Positions 32,788 to 50,149 of a stretch of DNA of 64,000 nt are shown here, piece by piece (the first letter of the stretch is position 1; each line of letters begins with the position of its first letter). The notes beneath the pieces were generated by a model. It was not told the DNA's origin and ran no database searches. It was given only the letters and a program-made list of their open reading frames with translations. The DNA lies in the NCBI RefSeq assembly GCF_009914755.1, contig NC_060943.1; one strand, written 5' to 3'. The position numbers and the translations under genes are program-made. This DNA comes from the human T2T-CHM13v2.0 reference genome, Homo sapiens.

Positions 32788-32802
32788 GGTGGCGGCGAGA
32801 AG

Positions 32803-32928
32803 ATGGCGACTTCGAACAATCCGCGGAAATTCAGCGAGAAGATCGCGCTGCACAATCAGAAGCAGGCGGAGGAGACGGCGGCCTTCGAGGAGGTCATGAA
32901 GGACCTGAGCCTGACGCGGGCCGCGCGG
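32803..32928 (+). CDS. CRTC1: CRTC1 (TORC1/MECT1) exon 1, N-terminal CREB-binding domain, 42 codons
   Basis: [42 protein letters not shown] with the TORC_N motif [11 protein letters not shown]; strong Kozak AAGATGG; donor CGG|GTAAGG, phase 0. Confidence 0.97.
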
Positions 32929-33070
32929 GTAAGGGGGCTGCCCGCGCCGACCCTTCAGGGCCGGCGGAGGGAGGGAGGGGGCGCGTGTCCGGCGCGTGCA
33001 CGGGGCGGGGTGGGGGGGGGCGCGGCGGGGGCGGGGCGCGCGCGGCGGGGGCGGGGCTTGGCACGGCCCG

Positions 33071-33511
33071 AGGGGGACAGGTGTCCCCACGCCCCGGGCG
33101 TCGTGGGCGGGACAGGTGACCCCACAAAATCCATACCTGATGGGGTACAGGTGCCCTGCATCACTGCTCCCCGGAGGAGACAGGGGCCTCTATATCATTA
33201 CTACTAGGAGGGAACAGGTGCTAGTACCTCGTCGTTACCTGACAGGGGACAGGTGTCCCTACATCATTGTTACCCGAGGGGGACAGGTGCCCCACATTAT
33301 TACTACCTGGAAGGGACAGGTGCCCCCGCATCATTGCTACCTGGGGGGGCAGGATGACACAGGTGTATGAGCTGGGTGCTGCTTGCAAGCACCATTGGTA
33401 GCTGGGGGTGAGGGTGCAAGTGCCCCCGCATCCTTGCTACCTGGGAGGGACAGATGCCCTCCCATTCTTGCTACCTGAGGGGGACCGGTGTCTCTACGTC
33501 ATGGTTACCTG
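33071..33511 (+). repeat. Degenerate 33-34 bp minisatellite, about 11-12 copies
   Basis: Consensus roughly AGGGGACAGGTGCCCCNCATCATTGCTACCTG(G). Confidence 0.85.
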
Positions 33512-34499
33512 TGCCTTTACTCCCTGGGTGTTGGGGGAGGAACGGATGTCCCCACTTGCAGAGCTGAGGTGGGACAGGGATCTCTCCCTCTTGGACAGCT
33601 GAGGGAATGGTCAGATCCTGTCCCCCAGGGGGTCCAGAGGGGGGCCAAGAAGGCAGATTGTGCTCAGTCCTGGAACTTGGAGTGGAGACAGCTGCCCCTT
33701 CTCCATGTAGCCCATATGGTGGGGGCCAGGTGATGTTCCTCCCAGTGGAACAGGGGATGCTGACCACAGCCCCTGCCCTCTCAGGACCAGGGTGGAGGGC
33801 CAGGTCTGCCTCAGGTGGCTGGGCGCATTTGGTGTGCAGGGGCAGGCCAGGTTCTGCCAGGCTCCTGGCTGGCAGAGCAGATACCCTGCAAATCTCACCT
33901 GGGAAGTTGCTGTGGGCCAGGAGCAGGGGCTTGGGGCTGGTGTCTGAGCACGGCAAGGCACCCGAGTTCCTCAGGCCTCAGTTTCTTCCCTTGTCAGGCA
34001 TTCTAGCAAGACCTTCCTCTTGGGGCAGGGTGGTGAGCACACTCTGCAAAGGTGATGCTGAATCTCCACTTTGTTCTTGCAGTGTGGTGAGACCTCTCTC
34101 CTGCATCCTGGGGCCTTGGGGAGGGTTTGGGTGGGCTTTGCAGATGCTCGTATCCCTGGTTTCCAGATTCAGCCACTGATGTGACTGGCTCAGGTAGACT
34201 TAACCTCAGTCTCTGATTCCTTAGGTAGCACTTTCAGTCTGTGTTACTTTGTAACTAGTTGTTTGTTTCTCTGAGAGATTGTGACCTTATAGACTAGGAT
34301 TTGTGTCTTCATTTCTGTGTTGGTAATGATTGGGAGCTCACTGTCACCCAGGTACTGCTTTAGGCATGCTCGGTGAGTGTGCCACATCTGTCCTCCCAGC
34401 TCCAAGCAGCTACATTCTTGCTCAGGATGTAGAGAAAGAGATGGCTGGTGAATGAATGAATGAAAAAAAAATAAGAAAATGGCCAGGTGTGGTGGCTCA

Positions 34500-34760
<261 letters not shown>

Positions 34761-35029
34761 TCAAAAAAAGAAAATAAGAAGAAAGTGTGCAACTTGAGCA
34801 TCCTTCCACGTGAGTGTCCCCCACATATCAGGGCTTCTGAGGCAGGAGTGGCCACTTCTTTTTGTCTCCAGCACATGGTGTGTGCTGGCATGCAGTTGTT
34901 GTCAAATGTTTGCAGTGTGACCGGAAGAAAGGGGTCACAGTAGGTTCATAGGTGTCATTCTGATTAGAAGTCCAGTTTCTGCGTGGGATTGGAAATAGAT
35001 TATTGTTGTTGAAAACATCTCTTTAAAAT

Positions 35030-35450
35030 AATAGCTTTATTGAGATATGATTCACACATCATACAATTTACTTGTTTAAAGTGTACAGTTTGGTGGTTTT
35101 TAGTATATTCACAGAGTTGTGCAACCACCCCTATTTTGTAATTCCAGAACATTTTTTATCCACCCAGAAAGAAACCCCGTCCCCATTAACAGTCACTCCC
35201 CATTCCCCCTCCCCTAGCCCCTGGCAAGCACTAAGCTGTCTTCTGTCTCTGTGGGTTTTCCTATTCTGGGCATTTTATATAAATGGAATCACACAACACG
35301 TGGCCTTTTGTGACTGGCATCTTTCACTCAGCGTCATGTTTTCAAGGTTCATCTCTGTAGTATCATGGATCAGTGCTTCGTTCCTTTTTAGGGTCAAGTA
35401 ATATTCCGTTGTATGGATATATTGTATTTGTTTATCCATTCATCAGTCAA
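35030..35450 (-). mobile_element. L1MB-like 3' end
   Basis: AGCTTTATTGAGATATGATTCACAC...TTTATCCATTCATCAGT. Confidence 0.8.
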
Positions 35451-35900
35451 TGAATTTAGAAAAATTCTGAGGCCAAGTGCAGTGGCTCACACTTGTAATC
35501 CCAGCACTTTGGGAGGCCAAGGTGAGTGGATGACCTGAGGTCAGGAGTTCGAGACCAGCCTGGCCAACATGGTGAAACCCGTCTCCACTAAAAATACAAA
35601 AATTAGTCGGGTGTGGTGGCACATGCCTGTAATCCCAGCTACTCGGGAGGCTTAGACAGAAGAATCGCTTGAACCTGGGAAGTGGAGGTTGCAGTGAGCT
35701 GAGATTGTGTCACTGTACTCCAGCCTTGGCAACAGAGTGAGACTCCATCTCAAAACAAAAACAAAAACAAGATTCTGAAGATATGCAGGTGGCAGTTCTT
35801 TCAGCCCTGGAAACCATTTCCCATCTTCCTCATCACCTGGGGTCAGGGGAGCATGGGCTCTGGGCAGAGGTGAGTTCACACTAGATTTTTAGACACAAAG

Positions 35901-36117
35901 CATTGTTCTCTTTCTGGGGCAGGGGGTGATTCTGCCCCCCAGGGGACACTTGGTGATGTCTGGAGACATTTTGGGTCATCATGATTAGGGAGTGCTTCTA
36001 GCATCTGGTGGGTGGAGGCTGGGATGCTGCCCAACCCCCTACATGTAGTGCACAGGATGGCCCCATCGTGTGGAATAATCTGGCCCCAGATGTCGGCAGT
36101 GCCAAGACTGAGAAACT
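35901..36117. mobile_element. MER20 (hAT-Charlie) DNA transposon
   Basis: GGGGGTGATTCTGCCCCCCAGGGGACACTTGG...TGTCTGGAGACATTTT...GCCAAGACTGAGAAAC. Confidence 0.8.
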
Positions 36118-36142
36118 TTTTTTTTTTTTTTTTTTTTTTTGA

Positions 36143-36357
<215 letters not shown>

Positions 36358-37429
36358 TGACCTCAGGTGATCCGGCCACCTCGGCCTCCCAAATTGCTGG
36401 GATTACAGGCATGAGCCACTGTGCCCAGCCAAGGCTGAGAAACTTTTGATTAGAGGTGTAACAGTGAGGTGGGCCAGGGTGTGAGCTTTGCACCTGGTCA
36501 GGTAGAGTTCCATCCTTTGCTCCCACCTATATGGCTGTGCCATCTCTGGCAGGCTGCGACCAGGGTGGGCAAGCTTATTCCCAGTTTGACTGGCCACTGC
36601 ACAGTCCAAGTGGCATGTCCGCCGTGCCTGGAGCAGGTGAATGAACCTATATGATGTGGGCTTCCCTCCTGCAGCCATGGCGCGCTGCCTCCCATACTGT
36701 AGACAGCAGGGGTTTGGCCACACCTGCAGCCAGGTGAGGCATGATCGGGTCGGCACCTGCTCCTCTCCTTTGAATTCCAAAGGACAGCATGTCACTCATG
36801 CGTGTCTGTTCACAGTTGCCGGTGGTGATGGCACCTGAGGTGTCTTGCTGCCGTGGAAGGCCAGTCAGCAGATGTTTGGCTAGAAGACAGGGACCTCACC
36901 AGGGCACAAGCACTGAAGGGTTGGGGGACAGGGCGTAAAGTCGGGAGACTGTTTGCAGGTCTTGGGGCGGAGGGGTGGGTGTGTGGGCGTTCCCTCCCAC
37001 TCTTAGGCTTGGGTCAGCGTGACAGGCAGGCTGTCTATGGCGCTCTGCTGTGTGACACTGGGTGGGTTTCTCAACCCCTCTGGGCCGTAGAATCCTGAGT
37101 TGTAAAGTTGGGGCAGCGCGTTCATTCCATCAAATGACAATTTTCATTGTCTGGCATGTCTCAAGAGCCTGGGGTGCTGGGGCTCCTGCAGTGTACAGGG
37201 CATACGGGGCTGTGTTCTTGGGGAGCCAGCATAGTTTTAGGGGGGACAGGAGAGCATCAATGCATCCGAATGAAGCAGACGCCCTCAGAAGGTGGCACAC
37301 GCTGGGAGAGAAGTGGCTCAGCCACGTGCTAGGAGTGGCTGGGACAGGGGTGACACAGCATCCCCAGAGAGCAGGGAAGAGCACTTCAGATTGGGGACAG
37401 GCACAGTCAGAGCCTTGTGGTGGGAATGA

Positions 37430-39500
<2,071 letters not shown>

Positions 39501-40156
39501 GGACGTCGTGTGTCTCAGGAGGATAGCTGTGGCTGTGAGTGGGATGGGTGTGGTGTGAGCATCCGCTGCAGGTGTCCAGATCAGGGGGAATGATAGCTGG
39601 AGCAAGGGGGTGACAGAGCGGGTGGATTTGGTGGCATTTCTGCAGCAGAGCCACCCAGACGTGCTGGAGGATTGGATGTTGGGGGTGAGGGGAAGGGAAG
39701 GGGGGAGTGTCGTCTGCTTGCCAGGGGTTCAGGACATTGGGGATTCCTCGTATGACTGATCATTGATGACCTCAGACAGCAACACCTGGGCCAGAAAAAG
39801 TACCCAGGCAAGACAGTCATGGTGGCACGGTCAGGGCTGAAGGAGGGCACTCTCCTGCTGTTACCTACTGTGAAGCTGGAGTAAAACGGGCCCCTGGGCT
39901 GCAGGCACAGCGCAGTGGTGGCTCAGGTTAGCTGAGTGTGGAGCCCGCCCCCCAGTCCTGGCTTTGGCGCTATTTGTTTCTGTGCCGGCTGCTTCAGCTG
40001 TCTGCTGCCATCCGCAGCCTCCATATACAGGCAGGACTCCCTGAGCTGCTCCCTGAACAAAAGGTGGGGCAAGCTGCCCTCATCCTCATCACTCTCCAGG
40101 CCCCTCCAAAAAGCTAAGCTGTCTCAGTACTCCCCAGGTTGTGAGCTGCATGCCCT

Positions 40157-41591
<1,435 letters not shown>

Positions 41592-42012
41592 TGAGCCACC
41601 GCGCTCGGTCTTCCCCACCCCCACTCTTAGGACACAATCCATACCCGAACACTGAGCTCCTACACTCCAACCCCGACCCTGTGGTCCTGATCCTCCACCC
41701 CAGGCCCTGCTCTTGCTGTCTCCCTCTGTCTCATCCAGTGTAGAGCAAGGGCCCCTGCTACTAAAAAGGGCTGAATGAAGGGTCCACTCCGGGCCTCGGT
41801 GGTAACCCCACACAAAACCTGCGGAGCCAGCTGGAGCTGGCTGGACTTATGCATCTGCAAGCGGCTGCAGCCCTGTCCTGATGTGAAGTCCACAAGGTTA
41901 CCTGGTGCTACAGGTTCTGTCAGGCCCGGGGTTCCTTGCCACTGGCTAAAGTCACAAATGACCACAAAGTGAGGGGCATGAAAAACAGAAATTAATTCCC
42001 TCACCGTCATCA

Positions 42013-42222
<210 letters not shown>

Positions 42223-42485
42223 TTAGGGTGTGCAGCGACCAGGTCCACGTGCTCTGGGGAATCTGGGAGGGCTTCCTGGACCCTCAGCGTGTGTGAAACC
42301 AGGGGCTGCAGGGCTGGGTGAGGAGCAGATGTCCCTGGCTCAGGAACAGGCATGGCACTTGTGGCTCTGCAGTTAGAAATTCATTTTTCTGGGCCGGGCA
42401 CGGTGGCTCACGCCTGTAATCCCAGCACTTTGGGAGGCCGAGGCAGGCGGATCACAAGGTCAGGAGATAGAGACTATCCTGGCTA

Positions 42486-43000
<515 letters not shown>

Positions 43001-43569
43001 TCATTTTTCATGGCTTGCCAGCACCTACCACCAAATGTGCAATCAAGACAGGTTTTACCAAGGAGCTTAACTCTTTTGTTTTTTTTTTTTTTTTTTTGAA
43101 ACAGAGTTTCTCTCTGTCGCCCAGGCTAGAGTGCAGCGGTGTGATCTCAGCTCACTGCAAGCTCCGCCTCCTGGGTTCACGCCCTTCTCCTGCCTCAGCC
43201 TCCTGAGTAGCTGGGGCTACAGGCGTCCACCACCATGCCCGGCTACTTTTTTTTGTATTTTTAGTAGAGACAGGGTTTCCCCATGTTCGCCAGGATGGTC
43301 TTGATCTGATCTCGTGATCCACCCGCCTTGGCCTCCCAAAGTGCTGGGATTACAGGCCTGAGCCACCATGCCCGGCCCGCTTAACTCTTACTGTTTGCAG
43401 GCACACTGATGTACTCTGTTTTGTTCTAATATGAAAATTAGCCTGGGCTGGGTGGGCACAGTGGCTCACACCTGTCATCCCAGAGCTTTGGGAGGCCAAG
43501 GCAGGTGGACCACCTGAGGTCAGGAGTTCGAGCCAGCCTGGCCAACATGGTGAAACCCTGTCTCTACTA

Positions 43570-44141
<572 letters not shown>

Positions 44142-45029
44142 TCAGCCCCCTGAGTAGCTGGGACCACAGGTGTTAGCCACCATGCCCGGCTAATTTTTTT
44201 ATTTTTTGTAGAGACAGGGTCTTCTCCCTGTGTTGTCCAGGCTGGTCTCAAACTCCTGTGCTCAAGCAATTGTCCCATCTTGGCCTCCCAGAGTGTTGGG
44301 ATTACAGGTGTGAGTCACTGCGCCAGGCGCATCTGGCCCTTCACAGAAGGGATTGGCTGGCCTCTGGGACTCACACACAGTTTGAAACCCACTGACCTCA
44401 AGTGTTAAGGAAGATCAGCTGCAGGGGCTGGGGGTGGTTAGCAAGGAGAGTGAGGTTGGCGGCAGTTCTCCCACTTTCAGCGACCTCTTTTGTTTTTTTT
44501 TTGAGAGAGGGAGTCTTGCTCCTATAAGATCTTGGCTCACTGCAACCTCTGCCTCCTGGGTTCAAGTGATTCTCCTGCCTCAGCCTCTCAAGTAGCGGAG
44601 ACTATAGGCACGCGCCACCATGCCCAGCCAATTTTTGTATTTTTAGTAGAGATGAGGTTTCACCATGTTGGCCAGGCTGCTCTCCAACTCCTGACATCAA
44701 GTGATCTGCCCGCCTCGGCCTCCTAAAGTGCTGGGATCACAGGCATGAGCCAATGTGCCCAGCTAATTTTTGTACTTTTGGTGGAGTTGGGGGTTTCGCC
44801 ATGTTTGCCAGGCCGGTCTCGAACTCCTGGTCTCGAGACCTGCCCGCCTTCGCCTCTCAAAGTGCTGGGATTACAGATGTGAGCCACTGCGCCCGGCCTG
44901 GGGATTTCTTTTTTTAAATGGGACTCTGTAAAATGCCATATGGACAGCACAAGTGGGGTCTGCCCTGAGTAGAGACTGGCCTGAACCCAGGGTCAGGGAA
45001 ACATCAAAATCCACAGGTTATTCCGTGCA

Positions 45030-45565
<536 letters not shown>

Positions 45566-47504
45566 GGTGTCAGGCCCTGTGTGTGCCGGGAGCATGCAGG
45601 TGCAGAGGGGTGGGTGGAGGCTACTGGCTACATGAGATGCAAACCTGGATCCTGTAGTACATGACTGCTCTGGGCAGCTGGTGGCGTCCTCCCGGGTTTA
45701 CAGAGTGGGAGACAGGCCCGGAGAGCGAATGTCATAGAGCGCTAGAGTGGAGAGGCTGCCATCTGACCCAGGTTGGACTAACCCCGCAGCCTGTGTGTTT
45801 TTGCCGTGTCACGGAGTTCTGGGAGTTGGCCGGCTGGTCAGGGTGAGGCAGGGCGGTTCAGGCTGCTGGAAGCCTGTGTGCCGAGGAAGGGGCCCTCAGA
45901 GCAGGTACGACAGTGGGTGGAGGGCCTGGAGCCAGGCCCTGCCATGTGGAGCCATGGAAGGTTCTAGTGGGATGGCAATGTGAGTGACAGTGGGGGTCCA
46001 GGGAGTGGCAGGAACTGGCCTTGCTAGAATCCATGTATTTGTGCACAGTGGATTGTTGCAGTAACTCATGAGAAAGGGCCTGTTGCCTGCCCCCATGGCA
46101 CAGATGAGAAATTGAGGCACAGGAGGTCACATGGCTGACGGTGGGAGGAGGAGCTGGGACTTGAACCTGTGTCTGACTCCAAGGCCCATGCGGAGGACCT
46201 TGTTGTACGCTGAGCCTCAGTTCATGTTCATCTGTTGAGAAGCATAGAGGTTGTCCCTGGTTTTTCTCAACCTAAACATTCTTTGTGTTTGTCCCAGTGC
46301 ATGTACTGGGGGAGTGGGGACCTCTCCAAGGTGCCTGCCTGGGAATGGCCCCACCTGTGTGTCCCTGAGCCCCCTCCAGTAGGGAGGAGGGCGAGCAGCT
46401 GGAGGTGTGCCACTCACGGAGGAAGACTCGGGGCATTTAGGAGGTGATGGTGACAGGGATTATTGGGAGGGCGGGTGGGGGAGTCCCAGGCTGCAGCGTG
46501 GGAACCAGAATCACAGGGGAGGGGTGGGGGGTAGGAGAGTCCTGCTTCACCTTGGAGCTCATGGGATAGAACACACCCCCACTTTATTTCTGGTTGGGGT
46601 ATGTCTCTGACCTCCAACAGGTCCTGCGTGGCCCCTGGGTGGAGGTGGGTGCCCTGTTCTTCTGGGTGTGGCTGTGGTGCCAGCAGCTGGATGGGGGTCC
46701 AGGTGTGTAAATAAGGAAGTGCCGCGTGCCTCGAGGGCCAGGGATGCCCGAGAGCCAATGTTTATTATTTGCCAACTGGAAACGAAGCATGGCCGGGGCC
46801 TCCTCCTTGGGGTTCTTGCACGGAGGGATTCAGAAGCACTTGGCACCGGGGGGAGCAGCCTCATCGGTGTCCAGCCAGGGCCACACAGTCAGCCTCAGCC
46901 CCCACCTCGCTTCCTTCTGGGCGAGCTTAGACCTGGGAGGCCTCTTTTTTTTTGGAGTGCCGTGGTGCGATCTCAGCTCAGCAACCTCTGCCTCTCGTGT
47001 TCAAGCGATTGTCCTGCCTCAGCCTCCTGAATAGCTGGGATTACAAGCGTGCACCGCCATACCTGGCTAATTTTTGCATTTTTGGTAGAGATGGGGTTTC
47101 ACCATGTTGGCCAGGCTGGTCTCCAACTTCTGACCTCAAGTAATTCTCCCTCCTTGGCCTCCCAAAATGCTGGGATTACAGGCATGAGCCAATGCTCTTG
47201 GCCCAACCTGGGAGGCCCTGCTGTCTTTGGTGCATGGTGCAGTAGGGGTCACAGTGGTCTCTGCCTCATTGGATCATGGTGAGACGTGAATGTGAAGGCA
47301 TCTGGTGTATCTGGAATGGGGCCTGGCATAGATACTCACTGTGTGCTCACTGCTGCCAAGATGCTGGAGGTGTGGCTACTGTGGACACATGGTGTACCCA
47401 GTTGGCACTGGGCAGGCATTTGGCAGGCATCCAACAGGTGCTTGATGGGGACACAGCAGGCCTGCAAGAGGCACTTCGTGCCCACACAAGGAAATATTTA
47501 GCAG

Positions 47505-48715
47505 ATGTTCAGTAGGTGCCCAGTAGATGCTCAGCAGGCACACAGTGTGTACTCAGCTGGTGTTCAACAGGCTAATGGTATGTACTCAGCTGGTGCTCAG
47601 CAGGCTTACAGTGTGTGTTCTGCAGGTGCTCAGCAGGTGCACGGTGTGTTCTGCAGTGTGTACTCAGCAGGTGCTTGGCAGGCACACGGTAGGTGCTCAG
47701 CAGGTGCACAGTTTGTGTTCTGCAGGCGCTCAGCTGGTGCAGCATGTACTCAGCAGGCGCTCAGCAGGCACTCAGCAGGCACACAGTGTATACTCAGCAA
47801 GTGCTTAGTAGGTGCACAGTGTGTACTCAGCAGGCACTCAGCAGGCACAGTGTGTACTCAGCAAGTGCTTAGTAGGTGCACAGTGTGTACTCAGCAGGCG
47901 CTCAGCAGGCACAGTGTGTACTCAGCAAGTGCTTAGCAGGTGCACAGTGTGTACTCAGCAGGTGCTTAGCAGGCACACAGTTTGTACTCAGCAGGCGCTC
48001 AGCAGGCACACACAACAGTGTGTACTCAGCAAGTGCTTAGCAGGTGCACAGTGTGTACTCAGCAGGCACTCAGCAGGCACAGTGTGTACTCAGCAGGTGC
48101 TCAGCAGGCGCTCAGCAGGCACAGTGTGTACTCAGCAGGCACTCAGCAGGTGCACAGTGTGTACTCAGCAGGCGCACAGTGTATACTCACCGGGCGCTCA
48201 GCAGGCGCAGTGTGTGCTCAGCAGGTGCTCAGCAGATGCGCAGTGTGTACTCATCAGGTTCTCAGCACATGCACAGTGTGTACTAAGCAGGTGCTCAGCA
48301 AGTGCAGTGTGTACTTAGCAGGCACTTAGCAGGCGCACAGTGTGTATTCCACAGGTGCACAATGTGTATACAGGTGCTCAGCAGGCGTACAGTGTTCAGC
48401 AGGCACACGGTGTGTATTCAGCAGGTGCACAGTGTGTATTTGGTTGCTGAGCAAGTGCACACTGTGTACTCAGTAGGAGCAGTGTGTGCTCTGCGGGCAC
48501 TCAGCAGGTGCACAGTGTGTATTTAGCAGGCGCTCAGCAGGTGCATAATGTGTATTTAGCAGGTACTCAGCAGGCGTACCGTGTGTGCTCTGCAGGCGCT
48601 TAGCAGGTGCACAGTGTGTATTTAGCAGGCACTCAGCTGACACACAGTGTGTATTTAGCAGGCGCTCAGCAGGCACAGTGTGAACTCAGCAGGTGCTCAG
48701 CAGGCATCAGCAGGC
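47505..48715 (+). repeat. ~1.2 kb variable-unit minisatellite built from CACAGTGTGTA and CTCAGCAGG(T/C)G modules
   Basis: Dozens of CACAGTGTGTACTCAGCAGG(T/C)G(CTCAGCAGG)CA units. Confidence 0.95.
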
Positions 48716-50149
48716 TCTGGAATCTGACCTCCCTGTGGGCAGGCCTGTCTCCAGTTCATTCTGGAATCTCATAGAAGCAGGTGCTCTCTAAGAGGGCCAG
48801 TACCATGTCACATGGTCCAATGTCCCCACTTCAGTCCTGGGAGGGGTGTGCGGGGTCTTCTCAATACCTCCATCTGGGAACATGTACCGGCTGTTGAGGG
48901 GCCCTGAAGTGAGAAGAGTAGTTTGTGGTCTTCCTGGAGCTCACATTTTTCTAAGCAAATCCTGAGCCTGTATACTTGTACGGAACACAGTGTGTTCCAG
49001 GGTCAAATCCTCGGGGTAGGATGGCCCTGGGGCTGCATGATGGTGCCCACCCAGCCCTCTGAGTGCCTGAACAAGAAGCACTGGGGTGGCCCGGTGAGTT
49101 CTCCCTGCAGCAGTGAGGGTTTGGATAGGAAAGTCCATTCCTCGAGTCAGTTGGTATTTCCTGAGCATCTCCTGTGAGCTGGCCCCGGAGACACCTTGGA
49201 GAGCAGGTCAGCTGGAGACCCTGCCCTAGGGAGTGACAGGAAGCCACACCTGTGCCAGCTGGCCCTGCCCCTGAGGTTGCGGCTCTGAGCCAAAGCGAAG
49301 AGCCTGGCCTCGCCTGGCTCTGGGGGTGATGCCTCGTGGGCCAGGGTGAGGGGTTGAGATCTGGTCCTGGGATGGGGAGGGTTTTGAGCAGGGCAGTGAT
49401 GTGGGATTTATGCTTTGCAAGGATCCCATTGGCTGCCATGTGGGGACAGGCCTGGGAGGAACGAGTAGGGAGCAGCAGGAGGCCTAGGAGGGGCCAGGGC
49501 AGGTGTCCCCCGGAGATAGTGGGTGCTGGGGCTCTGTGATGACCTGGGGCTTGGCAAAGGCGGGCTTGTGACAGACTGAGCCTCATCTCGGCAGCTCTCA
49601 CACCCATGGATCCTGAGGCTGATTCCCCAGGAGGGTTGGCGACGGGAGGGTTATGTTAAGTGGCTGCGTCTTCCATCTCAGGGAGCCCCACACTGGGGAA
49701 CGTCACCACTATAGCGGCTGAGAGGCTTTGGGTCCTCATTTACTACATAAAATTCCCCCTTCTCTGTACTTGGGTCCTGACGCCTCCGCTGGTCCCAGGA
49801 GTTTCACTCCGTGGGGTGGGGTTGAAGGGTGTGGTGAGGCCCAGAGGGGCTGAGTCTGCTTGGAAGGGTGGGCCTTCTCCCACTGCGGGTGCTAATACCC
49901 TGTGCCCATATCCTAGCCACCCTGTCCCTTATCCACATACCCCACTCTGGTATTTCAACAGCCCAGAGACCACCACGGTGCTTGGGGGCTCTCGGCAAGG
50001 GGGCGAAGCCTCCCTGAGAACTTCTGCAGGCCGCCCTTCTCTTCCCTTTCCTGCCGGGGCTCTTGCTGCAGAGAAGCTCTCTGCCACACTTTTTTTTTTT
50101 TAAATAAAAAAAATGAAAATAAAGAAATCATTTATGTTTCAAAACTTTG

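Larger units (their letters stand above)
32480..33110 (+). promoter_or_regulatory. CRTC1: CRTC1 CpG-island promoter with no obvious TATA box; NRF1-like and YY1-like sites, GC boxes
   Basis: Very high CpG density; GCGCATGCGC 32616, TGCGCCTGCGC 32655, GCGCCTGCGCA 32685, GCGCTTGCGC 32722; AAGATGGCG 32800. Confidence 0.9.

Noticed and set aside
47505-48715. CRISPR-like or repeat-protein-coding reading of the array
   Set aside because: No unique spacers, eukaryotic context, no cas genes; ORFs in all three frames reflect the repeat
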